Of a stretch of DNA of 64,000 nt, positions 24,590 to 37,167 are shown in pieces. The notes below the pieces were generated by a model. That model was not told where the DNA came from. It did no database searches and worked only from the letters and a program-made list of their open reading frames with translations. This DNA comes from Trichosphaerium sp. ATCC 40318 (lineage: Eukaryota; Protista; Tubulinea). The stretch spans positions 1 to 64,000 of the forward strand of contig JALMLS010000062.1 in assembly GCA_038496445.1 (NCBI GenBank), read 5' to 3'. The first letter of the stretch is position 1, and each line of letters begins with the position of its first letter. Made by a program: the position numbers and the translations under genes.

Positions 24590-24796
24590 GAGCTCTTAGT
24601 ATGATCAAATGCGCCACCAGAACGCCTGTCACAGAACTAAAAGCGAAAAAAAAAAAGTCGTCAAAAATCAAGCATAAACAAATGGCGCATACTAGTTTGT
24701 AGCGTACTCTAGTCTTGGTGGTGGCGTGCTACAAATGTGTGTAGACTCACTTTGTACAACTGCTTGACACATGCGCGCAATCAATGCGTTAAACAT

Positions 24797-27117
24797 ATGT
24801 TCGCGCTCCTATCGCGTAAACTGCGCCCAATGTACGAAAGAAAAACATGGGCGCCCAAAAAACCGTTGTACAGCCGCAAATGCCGTCAAAAACGCCTCAG
24901 AAATGCCTAGGTACTAATTTACTATCAATTACAGCATACTTACACAAAATAGTCACACAACTCGCCCACTGTACTTCTGGCATTCAAAAAAGAATCAACA
25001 CGCGTTTTTTGAAAGCGTTGCTCTTGTTAAAGGCATTAAAACGTTCGACGATTGGTATACCATTTTGTACAAGGATATTATCAAAGAAGGAGGTAGAACT
25101 GTACTTAGCAAGTACGTTACCACGTGATAGTGCCTTTTTTTTCTGACAAACTAATTAGGTATGAAGATTCTGTATCTATGGCACTTCAGTACATTTACCC
25201 TTACTACCCTTGGGAGCTATACAAGTTCAGGTATACTTTCGTAAGTTTAAGGGTTATCTCACCGAACTAGCAATGTTCCGTATAAGTACTGGGAGGATCA
25301 GAGACATCAAAGAGCAAAGCTTGAAGATGTTGCAAAACAACTTGGCATTAAAACTTTTGACGGTTGGTACTCAGCCACAAACGAGCGTGTTTCGGAACTA
25401 AAAGCTCATGGACTTCTTTCTAAATATAATGGACGCCTTGCTGTAATGCTGGAGCAAGTATATCCATCTTATGAATGGAACGTGCTTGAGTTTGGGTACA
25501 CCTTTAGATGGTTTTTAGAAGGATCCTAACACGCTTATTCAGAATTGCTCCAAGGAATCATTGGAATGATGTACCCAATCAAACAGCAATGTTTGATGAC
25601 GTAGGAGAGTATTTAGGTATAACTACACTTGAGGGTTGGACGCAGCTCAATAAACAAGACTTACAAATGCATGGATTGATGCCTATTCTCAAAAAGTACT
25701 TCTTTTTCAGCGCAGTGTAAGTGACAATATACTAAGTGTATATAGGTATAATCTAGATTATGTAAAGACTCTCCAGGGTGTTTATCCTGACTTTAAATGG
25801 TCTTCACATAAGTTCAAGTACGGTTACTATGTTATGTCCGCAAACTTATCTGTTAATGTTTTTTGTTGCAGAAAGCAACCTCCAAAACACGTGGTGTTGA
25901 AACAGATATTAAAACTGGAAGTTATTGCGAAGCGGTTAGGTATAAAGGTCATGGATGACTGGTCTACAATTGCAACTGATAAAATTGCTAAGTTTGATGG
26001 ATTAAGTATTCTCAAAAAGTACGATAAGCACTGTTTTCTCAATATTTAATACATTGATTTTAGGTACAACTGGTCCTTTACTCAATTGTTAAGTTCAGTA
26101 TTTCCTCGTTTCAACGTTGGAGCAAAGTACAAAGTATTATAGACACGAGTATTTTAACTTACGAGTCTTTACGGTAGAACACCCAACTACTACTGGCAGA
26201 ACACTACAAATGTCAAAGAATTTTTATTTTTCGCCAAGAAAAAACTTGAAATAAGCAAACCAGAAGATTGGTACGTTCCACTCTTACTAACAGTCAAAAC
26301 TGATTTCTATATATAGGTACCGGATATCTCACAATCAACTGAGCAACATTGGTGGATACGGTATTCTAAAATACTACCCACGTGCATTACACGTGGGATT
26401 TCCAGAGATATCATGGGATTGGTCAAAGTTTCAATTTGGTCACAGAAAGGCAGTGCAACGGTGAGAAAGGAGCTAGTGTATTAAAAACTTGTGTAACTAA
26501 TACGTGTCTTTAGGTGTATGTATAAATGCATTAAATTAATATTTCCAGATGCTACTGTACTTGAAGAGCATGCATTTACAGTACAAAGTCATGGCAATTG
26601 TATAGTAACAGTGGACGTGTATGTTGTAGAACATAACTTGGCTATAGAGTACCAAGGTTAGTTGTCTCTTTTGTACATTCAGATCTCGAAAATGTGACTG
26701 CGTTGTTTTGTACTTAAACCGTATACTAGGTGAGCATCACTACTACGACGTCCTTCATTTTTCTCCTTCTGTACGTCTTGACCTATATAATGATAACTTT
26801 CACTAACGTAACGTAGGTTATATATGAAGCACGTGATGTTGAAAAGCAAGCGTTATGTGAAGAAAAGGGTATAACGTTAGTACCTATACCATATTGGTGG
26901 CGTGACAATGATATCGAAACGCTTAAGGCCACATTGAAATATTATAAAAACGGCTTGGATTTGGATGTTCAACAAAGTGCAGAGCCACTGTTAGTTGATG
27001 CAACTAGGATTCACGGTAAAAAAAGTACGTTTTTCTTTAAGCTTGGTTGCAATGTTGAGCTTTTTCATAGATGCAAGAATGATGTATGCTGCACCGCTAC
27101 TAGCAAGTAGCAATTAA
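24797..27117 (+). CDS. Repeat protein (five ~70-aa Trp-rich repeats) with C-terminal PD-(D/E)xK / RAP-like nuclease-fold domain; putative mitochondrial presequence
   Basis: Spliced N-terminus MFALLSRKLRPIILTQNSHTTR. Repeats W..NQ..F...LGI...DW...GG..LL.KY...L..VYP..W..F. C-terminus VDVYVVEHNLAIEYQGEHHY...RDVEKQALCEEKGITLVPIPYWW. Confidence 0.8.
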
Positions 27118-27365
27118 GAAATTGTAATAAATTGTAAAAATAGTCACAAAAAAACCCGTGATTTTAGAGCTTCTAACAAATACTAAGGAGTAGCCACAAT
27201 CCCAGTTGGCAACAGTTATGTTTTCTTTTCTTATTTTTTCATGGACAATTGTGGTAACGCAAGAAAGTTGTCCACACGCACAATTGGTTTTTTGAAGAAA
27301 AAAAAAAGCTAATTTCGCCAAAAAAATGTTGAATTGGAGCTGGTAGTCATTCAAACGCCAACAAC

Positions 27366-30300
27366 ATGGACTTCTTAGCAACAATATCAGACCATGCTCC
27401 TTTCGCTCATGCTCTTTTTTCTCAAGTGTCGAACGGCCAACCAGTGGTACAAAAGAGCTACAAGCAACAATCACTGGTGCGTAGAGCGCGTGTGAACAAA
27501 CCACGTAGGCGCCAAGTAACAAATCACCGAAAAAATCGTACAGGCGCTAAAAAGCGCACGCCACCATCAAAGCAAGCAAATGAGCGCCGTAGAACTAACA
27601 CAAACAAAAAACCTCGGTACGCTCGCTTTAAATAGATTTTACGTTCCCTTACGCCCTGGTAGTCAACTGACGCTCACAAACAAAGAAAAACAGGTTTGGG
27701 ACAAGGACGTTAAAAGTTTATTTCAACCCGTGACGCCAATCAAGCCTTCACCTGCTCAAAGGGACTGGGAGGTTGTAAGAGTATTTGTTTCTTCAACATT
27801 TACCGATTTTCATGCTGAAAGAGAGGTACAAAAAAGAGATCTTTCAAAAAACCATTATTGTATTTTGTAACGGTTTTGTAGATTTTAGTGAAAAAAGTGT
27901 TCCCAGAGCTCAGAGAATGGTGTCAAAAGCGGCGGCTTCGTCTAATTGAAGTAGATCTTAGGTATGATCTAGCAAGCGAGTGTACACCGTTTTAATCCAC
28001 GTGGTTTAGGTGTGGTATTCCTGAGTTTACACCAACCGGTGAAGTACTTTCTATTTGCCTCAAGGAGATTGAGCGATGCCAAAAACAGAATGGTCACGTA
28101 TTCTTTGTTAACTTACTATCTCATCGTTATGGTTGGGTACCAGAAATGAAGCATGTGCCGCCACACGTGCAATACAAATACAACTGGGTATGTGTAAAGC
28201 AAGAAGATGGAAATGAGGTTAAAGTTCTTCGTAGGTTGAAGGTTTTTCGGTTACTGCTATGGAAATACTACAAGGCGCATTCCTTAACCGTAAGTACATA
28301 TAGCCTTTGAATCTATATTTTGTGTTAAGATAGAACAATACAGGTAACCCGAACGCTTCCTTCTACTTCAGGAAACAAGAAGCGATTGATACTTTACCAC
28401 AAGATGAATCAATTAGAAGTAAATTCTTAGATACACCTGAAAATATTCGAAAAATAACAAGTACACGTGTTCTCTTATATTTCCTGTTTTAACCGTTCAA
28501 ATTAGTATTAAAACAAAAGATAAAACAGCGTTTCGATAAGGACCAAGTCCATGAGTACACATGTGCTTTCGATGGTGTTGACGCACATGAAAAACCTATG
28601 ATGAAAAATTTAGAAGAATTCTCCAAATCAGTGCTGAATCATCTCAAGAGTAACATTGAACGTAAATATCCTTTTGAAGGTCTTCCATCGGATCTATTAA
28701 AAGCTGAAACTGAAGTGCATAATGATTTTATGAATAACAGAATGCCTTCTATTCTTTACAGCCAACAAGATTTTATTAAATATCTCATCAAAGAAATCAT
28801 ACCAAAATCGACCGATGTACGTCATACATCGATTCATTATTTACTTACGATAGAAATATAGTCTTATTTTGTCACTGGAAAGCCTGGTTCGGGATGTTCA
28901 TCATTCGTTGGATACATGGCAAAGGCGTACAAGAAAAAAACTTCTTGGAAAGTTTTTACACATTTTATTGGTGCTGTAAGTCTAGTCTTTGTTGTCATCT
29001 TTTTTTTAACTTAGTGATGCCTTAGACACCTGCATCTTCTTCGCAAAGAAATATTCTTACTCGCTTGTGTGGTTTCTTTGGTACACCTCTGAAGAAAATG
29101 GAGGAACTCTCACTAGACGATTTGGCAGCGATTTTAATGCTTCACTATCAACGTGTAAATAACGGCTCACAAAACTACATGATTATCATAGGTAACGACA
29201 TGAGTATAAGCTTACACACGATCACTCTAAACTGACATTTTTAGATCATCCTGATAGAATTATCCAAGAGGATGCGCGGAGCCCACTTTGGTTTATTGAA
29301 CCTAAAAACTCAAAGAACCTAACATTTGTGTACGGTGGTAAACCAACAGGGGATGCTCCTCTGTTAGCAAAATTAGAAAGCTTAGATGTTATGCCACTGG
29401 AAAAATCGCATGCTAAAGTAATAATATCGCAAACACTAAAGCAGTACAACAAGAAGCTAAGTGACGATCAAGTACGGAAAAAAACAAGAAAAACTGTGTT
29501 CTTATGTAAACTGCAATTGTCTTTCAGCTCATCATCTGCGCTTTAGATGAAGTGTTTGCTGGATAAAAAGGATATAGTGGTACCTCTATACCTATCAGCA
29601 GCCTGTGAACAGATAAGGATATTCGGTATTTTCGAACAATTGACAAGCTTGATCAAGTCAATGCCTGAAACATTAAATGAACTTTTATCTTGGATTTTGC
29701 TTCAACTTGAAAAAGACTACGGAAAAGTAGCTGTTCGAAAGCTGTTGTCTCTCCTATCATTCTCCAAGAATGGATTACTTGAATCTGAAGTTCTTGATCT
29801 ACTTGGAGAGGGTGATACACCGTACCCTCAAGCAAACTGGCTGCCATTATACAGCGTATAATAGAATACTTTTTCTTCCAAAAAAAAAGTTAACTGTATG
29901 TGTAGACCTTGAAACGCTTCTTAACAAGTGGTGGTGCAAATGGATTGATCCGATTTTATCACAAGTCATTCCTAGAATCAGTCAAGAGTAGTTACAATCT
30001 CACTGACACAAGTGTAAAATCAGGTTTCCAAGCTACACTCTCCAATTACTTTAAGGTGCGCTGAAAAGAATAAAAACCTTAACACGTTTCCTCAACCTCC
30101 TGGTTGACATGTTGCAAACAAGTTTAAAATACTCTTCTAATAAGACTTACACAAATTTAGAGTAAACCTAAGAGCGATACAAGAATGATAGAAGAGCTGC
30201 CTTTCCTTCTTGAGGAGCTCGTAACAAGTGGAAAGGTAGAAGGTATTGAACTTGCCAAGTGTATATCAGGACACGGCGTTTTCGATTATTACTACAATCC

Positions 30301-31842
30301 TACGACGAAATACATGCTGTACAGACTATGGCTTGCTTCAGGTTGTATCGATCAAGTGGGAAAACTTCATAAAGGTACGCTACCAAGAGCAAACAGAACT
30401 TCTTTTTTCATTGTCAAAATACTCAAGCTGGAATTAGAGAACTGCCTTTCGCACTTTACTGATGACGATAATGTTGAAGAAAGAGCAATGATGCATTTCA
30501 GAGTTGCAGAGCTACTACTATACCTTGGAGCATACAAGGTAGTAATTATATTATAATTTGAGCCACAGCCCGAGTATTTCTTGGTTCTACTCCATCGTTC
30601 TTTATTGACTTTTTTTGGTTTAGGATGCAAGACCAATTGTTGAAGATGCTATTAGGCGTGTAGATAAAGTTAATTTTGGTAATACAGAAAGTCATGCTTA
30701 TTGCGTTAATGTATTGGCACGTATTGTTGAAAAACTAGGTGAAGAAGATAAAGCGTTTGAGCTATACAACAAGTAAGTATCTTTCTCTTTTCCTATTTTT
30801 TTAGTCATTTATTCACTTCTTTTTATAGAGCTTTGAAGATACGTAAACGTGTTTATGGGTATAACCATATGCTTGTTTCAAACAGTTTGAATAATATAGC
30901 TGTTTTCCATCAAGTCCACAAACGTCCTTGGGATGCACTACCTGGTACGAAAAATCTTATTTTTTTCTTTGTTTCAGACTTTTAGTCTTTTGTTTTTCAT
31001 CGGTGTTGGCTTACCATACCCCTTAGTTTTCAAAGAAGCGTTAAAAATTACAGAAAAAATTCTTGGTAAAGATGATCCTGAAGTAGCTGATTTGTTGAAT
31101 AATATGGGACAAATTTATGGAAGGTAAAAGAAATCTTGTAGTTTGCTTTCAGAAATTCAGACATATATTGACGACTTTGTACCTATTTAGAGAAAAGAAG
31201 TATGAAGAAGCAATAGAGATATTCGAAAGGGCATTAGAAATAAGAAAAGCAAAACAAGGAGAACATCCAAAAAAAGCAGCAACGTAAGATAAGAAAACAT
31301 TCACAACTTTTTACTTTGTTATTTTTCTCAAACTCACTTTGACTCTTACTTTTAGCCTTTCTAATATGGGTAATATGTACGGCGCTATGGGCAAAGATCT
31401 TGACGATGGAAAGCTACTTGAAAAAGCATTAGAGCTTCACTCAGACGCTTATGACATTGAAGTCAAGGTACCACGAACTGATTTTTTTTTTACTTGCATC
31501 AACAAAAAAAGATGATCTATTAGTATTAATACTAATGCTGTTCATCCCTAGATCTATGGTATAAGACATCCGCGAATTGCAGAAGTATTCATAAATTGTG
31601 GATGCGTGCAAGTATCTCTTGGTGATGGTGGTGCAGTTTTCGCATTCAAAGAAGCTCATGATATTAGGTAAAAGCTACCGTTTTTTTTTTTGAAATCACG
31701 TGATTGTTAACACTGTTTTTTTTTTAGAGTAAAGGCTTTCGGTCATGATCACAGGTTGACAAAAGAAGCAAAAAAGTATGTTGATGATAACACAGAAGCA
31801 GATTACTACGGCGCTTCTATAGTACATAGAAAGTGTTTTTAA
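27366..31842 (+). CDS. DUF4062 - NACHT/STAND-like P-loop - TPR protein (NPHP3/TEP1/NWD-type, NLR-like)
   Basis: VRVFVSSTFTDFHAERE...VDLRCGI...LLSHRYGW; P-loop VTGKPGSGCSS; PLYLSAACEQIRIFG and SKNGLLESE; kinesin-light-chain-type TPRs (VSNSLNNIA, VADLLNNMGQIY). Confidence 0.85.
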
Positions 31843-32126
31843 AAATATCAATAAAGAAAATGGTTTCATTGTTTTAGCTTTGCGTTTGTTTCTGTTTTAC
31901 TCCCTTCACCTTGGTTTTTGATAACAAGCACTGGCTATTTAGGTGCGCTAAGTAGGTGTTATTTTACATACAAACTTGCAAGGAGTTAACTTGTGCTTCG
32001 CTCGTCCTATTGACATGCACCTGGTCTGAAAATGAACACGTTTGCACAACCACTGGCACCAAAACCGGCAATAGCTGCAGCTTTAAGGACGCTAGTTTGT
32101 GATGTTCCAAATTTATTAGAAAGCTA

Positions 32127-32926
32127 CTACACTGAGGTTCCATTAAACTTTGTTAAGAAGAAACACTGGTTGTATAGGCTACTAACTTTCCATTCTCCAA
32201 TAAGTTGAATACCATACAGAGTGTCATCACATTGAGGACCGTCTGGGCTGTTAGAGAGATTAGCAATAGTCACTTCTAATTGTATGAGTACCGAAGAGGG
32301 TTAACGGCATCTGTATATACTGGCTTAGTATAGTAGTTTAGTTTAGGGATGTAAAGGCAACAGTTGATTGGATCACCTTAAACAAAGTTAAACTTTTTTT
32401 AGTAAATCTGAAATAACTCGAGTGCTAGCTTACTCTGCTCGATATTTTTCTTTTCTTCCTTTGCTACGCTTACTTTATTATCATTGGAAGATTCTATCGT
32501 CTTTTCAGAAGACGAATAGTCGAATGAACCTACAATAATTAAACTAACATTCCCAAATGAAGCTAATTTTGTTTTGTTTAATTAAAACTAAATTGCATAC
32601 CACAGTATTCGCAATCCACAGTAAACCATTGTTTTCTTAATTGTGCCCATCCAGTAATAGCGGAAGAGCAATAGTAGGCAGTACACGCAACACCCCAGAG
32701 ACCTGTAAGAGATTAATAGGACAAATAACACAAGGGAAGTCGACAGGTTTTTTTTTTTGTGCCAAACACGTGCTCAAACGTTAGTACCTTTTTGAGCGGC
32801 GTTCTCGTATTCGCAGCAGTAGTAGCCATCTAAAAAAACAAATTACCCTCGAGAAATTAGTACTATGAGCTTACTTGCGGTTAAAGCAAAGCAAATCAAA
32901 AACAAAGAAAGCAGCAGATACTTCAT
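32127..32926 (-). CDS. Small secreted Cys-rich protein with two CC-x-Y-initiated modules
   Basis: Signal MKYLLLSLFLICFALTA. Module 1 YYCCEYENAAQKVSGVACTAYYCSSAITGWAQLRKQWFTVDCEYC; charged linker; module 2 INCCLYIPK...PQCDDTLYGIQLIGEWKVSSLYNQC. AATAAA follows the stop. Confidence 0.65.
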
Positions 32927-33572
32927 TTGAGGTAGTTTACAAAAAAACAGTAATAGAGAAGACTATTGACGCGCTTTCGGTAGTCAAGTTCGAAAGTCCA
33001 AGATAGTAGGTACATCTAAATAGAGCGACATAGGTTCGTTCTATTGGAGGTCTATTATACTAAAGTCAGCAAGGTTAAGGCTTTAGAGCTACAACAATTT
33101 GCAAGTGAAGCTTCGGTTAGCAATCCAACTAAGTTAGTACTAAATTAGTCTGAACACGCCACCTAGAAATGTCAAAACAAAATTTTCGAACACGTTTTTC
33201 ATGAATCCTTGCAACCCATGGTTTAAATAAGATAAATGTACGCGTGGCGCTTCTTTATAGACGTCAGGATAGCCGGGTCTTTATTTGTTCCGTGGTATTT
33301 CAATTATTCTGTAACCAACAGAAAATACACAACAATTACCCCTATGCGAAACAGCGTGTACTGTCTTAACTTCCACGTGCATGAGCATTTGCACTTGTGA
33401 GGACAGCCTGAAATTTTGCGAATTATTTTGTTCACTTAGCTGCACGTACGCGATTAGCACAAACCCACCCATTGCAGTGTAAGCATGGCTACTAAAATAA
33501 ACCAGAAAATGTGCACGTGAATCTAAACGGTTTTTTATGCTGTCATAAAAAGTAAACCACCAACTCATAAAC

Positions 33573-33895
33573 ATGCGCTCTGGGTACGTCCCTTACCCTC
33601 TCACTTCTACCTTCGCTCTTGCTAATAGACTTGTAGACTTTTCTGCCTTGTACTTCTCTCTCTCTTCGTTGTAGCCTACTCGCTAACTTGTGACCTGTGC
33701 GGAACTAGAGACTGTTGTAAACCTACAGCATGCTCCATTTACTGCCGCCAGATTGGCAAAGCCGGCGGATCATGCGACTACAGTGATAGAGAAAACCGTT
33801 GCATCTGCTACTGTTACCAAAAAGAGGACCAAAGCGATGTACCAATACGTTTAGAAATTCTTGAAGAAATGTCATCCAAGAAGGCTAACGAATAA
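33573..33895 (+). CDS. CS-alpha-beta (insect-type) defensin-like prepropeptide, 89 aa; exons 33573-33583 and 33637-33895
   Basis: The GT-AG intron 33584-33636 has a GCTAAT branch site. Removing it gives MRSGLFCLVLLSLFVVAYS | LTCDLCGTRDCCKPTACSIYCRQIGKAGGSCDYSDRENRCICYCY | QKEDQSDVPIRLEILEEMSSKKANE*, with CxxxC, GGxC and CxC motifs. Confidence 0.85.
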
Positions 33896-34171
33896 CTGTA
33901 CCCCTTTGTAGCCTTTTTTGGGCCTCTGGAATAAAACCAACGAATCCTATGTTAAGCAGGTAGTTATGCTACGCGTTTAGATTACTTCAGAAAGAGGTAA
34001 ACATGTAAAAAAGGTCACAACGTGACACTATACCCGCAATTTATTTTATTCGCTATCAATGAATTTTAACAAATTTTTCTTTCGTAAATTACGATCGTCT
34101 ACGGCTTTTTTGTCTTTTCACATTACCCACACTACTTCACCACCTTATGTATCACCGATTGCAGTCATTTG

Positions 34172-36198
34172 ATGGAACAACTTAACCGCTTTTTTGTAAG
34201 CGAACTTTTTAAATACCCCCAAATACTGTTATAACAAAGGCAACGTGTAGTGTGGCCAAATGCTTGGCTTGTCACTCGCCGAAAAGGCGCGTACGAAGTG
34301 TATTAATTATAAGAATGTGGCGCGCTTTTTAAATAAGTACACGAGGCGTACGTTATAATGCGACAGCGTAATTTGTACCTTACAAATCAATTTGTAGCTG
34401 CATTAGCTGATTTCGCCTCTTATATGGCTAAACAGTATCCCAGCCGTGATGCAACCGATATTACAAACGCTAAAACAAAATCTGGTTTCGTTCAAGCTTT
34501 GAAAAACGCATACTTCGTAAGAACACATACAATCAACTCTCATACGCTCATAGTATTTATTACGGCAACCAAAATACGCTTTAGTAGTTGACAGCTCTGT
34601 ACAACTCGCAATTTCTTCTATTTTCTGCTTTAGCGAACCCACACGCTAAGAAAATCTCTGCAGTCGCTTTTGGTGACACTTTCAACCGCTTTTACAAAAA
34701 AATAACTGAATACTTAGACAGAGGGAATTACACATGATGAGGCAGCGCACCTTGATCTAACGCGTACGGAATTCGCTATAAATAAGAACTGTGGCTTTTC
34801 TAACGGTTGTAGATTGTCAAAAATACAGCGGAAAGACTAAATCATGGTGTGCTCTTTCTCTCCAAATAGAGCCACAAAAAGGTGATCGTGGTCCTTCAAC
34901 AGATGAAAAGATACTGCTACGACAAATATATAACGAACTCACAGCATATTATGAGCATGTAAGTCAGAAAAATTGCAGAAAAGAAAAAAAAAATCAAGAA
35001 AAAAAAATTAGCTTTTTCTGACTTTTTATCTTTTTAGTATGTGAGCGCTAGCACTCTAGACGATGCTATATGGATACGCATAGTATTAGATAATGCTCAG
35101 TCACGTATTCCAACATCACGAGACGTTACCTACGTAAGAAAAGAAGTTTTTCTTTATTTTTAACTTACTTTTTTCTGCAGGTCGTTTTTTTCCCACATAC
35201 AAAATACTTACTGCTATCACGGAGAGCATCTGAGCAATATATACTGCATGCACTTAAAGGTATTTTTTTAAAAACTGCGGGAACTAGCGCCAGTAGCACG
35301 TTCACAACACTTGCGAATTTTTTTTCTTATCATTTTGTTTCGTATTTAATCACGTGCCTCTTGCTTGGTTGTATGTTTAATCTTATGTTTTTTTTTAGCT
35401 GCTTTGAAATGTAGTGATATTAAGGATTGCGAACTACAAACGAATAGCGTTGGTAAGAGCAAGAAACTGCGCAACAAATCTGTTGTTGGCAAAATTTTTT
35501 TTCCAATTTTCTGAAAACTTAAACCTTGTTTCTTTAGATGTCATGAAAGAATTATTACTACACCAGTACGTTTCACTCTATACATGTATATAATGAGGAG
35601 TTCTTACTTAACCTCTTTCAATAGACACAGTCAGGGCGCTCATAGAAAGCTACGGCGTAAAATGAAGTTCGATAATCCTTTGGACCGAAAGCCAAAGCGA
35701 CCAAAGTTGGAACCAAAGCCTAGCCCTGTTAAGAGAGATGATGCTGATATAATAAAAAAACGTAAAGAACATATAGAAAGACTTTTTGGTGAAGGAGACG
35801 AAGAACAACCAGCATTGAACCAAGCAAACTTTACGGTAAACTGAATTCACAATGCACATGTTCTCTTTGTTTTTTGAGATTTCTCTTTATCTTATAGTCT
35901 TTTATAGATGACTGGAAGGTTTCATGGTGGTGAGAGTGTAGGAACAACAACGGAGAGTGATTTTATGATAGGTGTTACATTGCGTGGACCGAATATCCTG
36001 GAAGGTATGTACACCTTGTTTCAAATTCTTGCGATACCACGTTTTTTTTGCCTACTCCTTTGTCGCTCACGTTTTTCTCTTTTACTAGGATTGAAAGATT
36101 TAGCAAAACAAGGCATAGCTGTTCCTCCCTTCCCAGACTTCCTTGCTAATTTACATTCATATGGATCAAATACAATGGAGCTCACTGAAAACACTTAG
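34172..36198 (+). CDS. CENPN: Centromere protein N (CENP-N/Chl4/Mis15)
   Basis: IWIRIVL, YVVFFPHTKYLLLS, LLHQHSQGAHRK, QPALNQANF and VTLRGPNILEGLKDLAKQGIAVPPFPDFL match the CENP-N pattern. Confidence 0.7.
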
Positions 36199-36324
36199 TA
36201 TGAAAATAGCCTTCTACTTTATCGGCTGTTCTCTCCAACCTTGTGTTGGATGATGTAAATAAACAAAACTTTTCTTGTATCTTTTATCGCATGGTAAGAT
36301 CCCCTGAAGAAGACAGTAGCTCAT

Positions 36325-36778
36325 TCACGTCATCCCCAAGGTCGGGTTCTTGTATCGGCAATAGTGATTGGCTAAAGTTGGTGGGCTAGTTATGTTTCAT
36401 TGTCTGTAATGAACTCCAGCTTACCTACACCAACGAGCAGTACCAACGTAAATGCGATATTACTTCTCGCTCTTATATGATAAGCTTCTAGAGGGAAAAC
36501 TGGTTCAGTAATTGGGCGGTAACATTTTGGCATGTGTCAAAATGAAGTGTCAAAATGCGATCTTACCTCCATAACAAGCAATAGTTTAAAGTATGTAGAC
36601 AGCATTTTACAACGCGGCAAACTTCCTGCCAAATCTTCGTAGTAGATTGGATTTTGAACAACTTGGTTTTTTTCCGTATCAGTGTCCAGATAAGATAAGC
36701 CGTTGATACAAGCGTAATACCGTATACAATACGCAAGTCATCTTGTATGTGACATCGTATTGAACGGGTGAATGCCAT
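36325..36778 (-). CDS. Small two-TM membrane protein (weakly HIG1-like)
   Basis: LRIVYGITLVSTAYLIWTLIR followed by HIRARSNIAFTLVLLVGV after splicing. Exon structure is uncertain. Confidence 0.4.
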
Positions 36779-37167
36779 TTTTATACATCATAGCTGTTTT
36801 AAAGGTTTTATGCGCCAAAGATACAAACAGCTAGCGGGTGCGTTCACTAGGAATTGTGACATTTACACAGTTCCGGAAACATAACTGTCCAGTTCAAGAG
36901 TATGTGGCGCGTATGCTACCACGTACAAGGGATAGAGCTTGTAGTTTTTAGTTAATTCCTCTTTTAATTAGTAAAGAACTACCGTTACAGTACTACCTTG
37001 TCAGGCAAAAAAACGAGAACTACTAATAATAAACGATACGCTGTTTTTTTAGGGCATATCCCAGAATGTAAAGTCGAAGAAACAGAAAAAAAAAGTAGGC
37101 AATTAAGGAAGCCAGAAGTCAACGAAAAGAAAAAAAAAAAGCAAACAATAACAAGGCAATTAATGAT

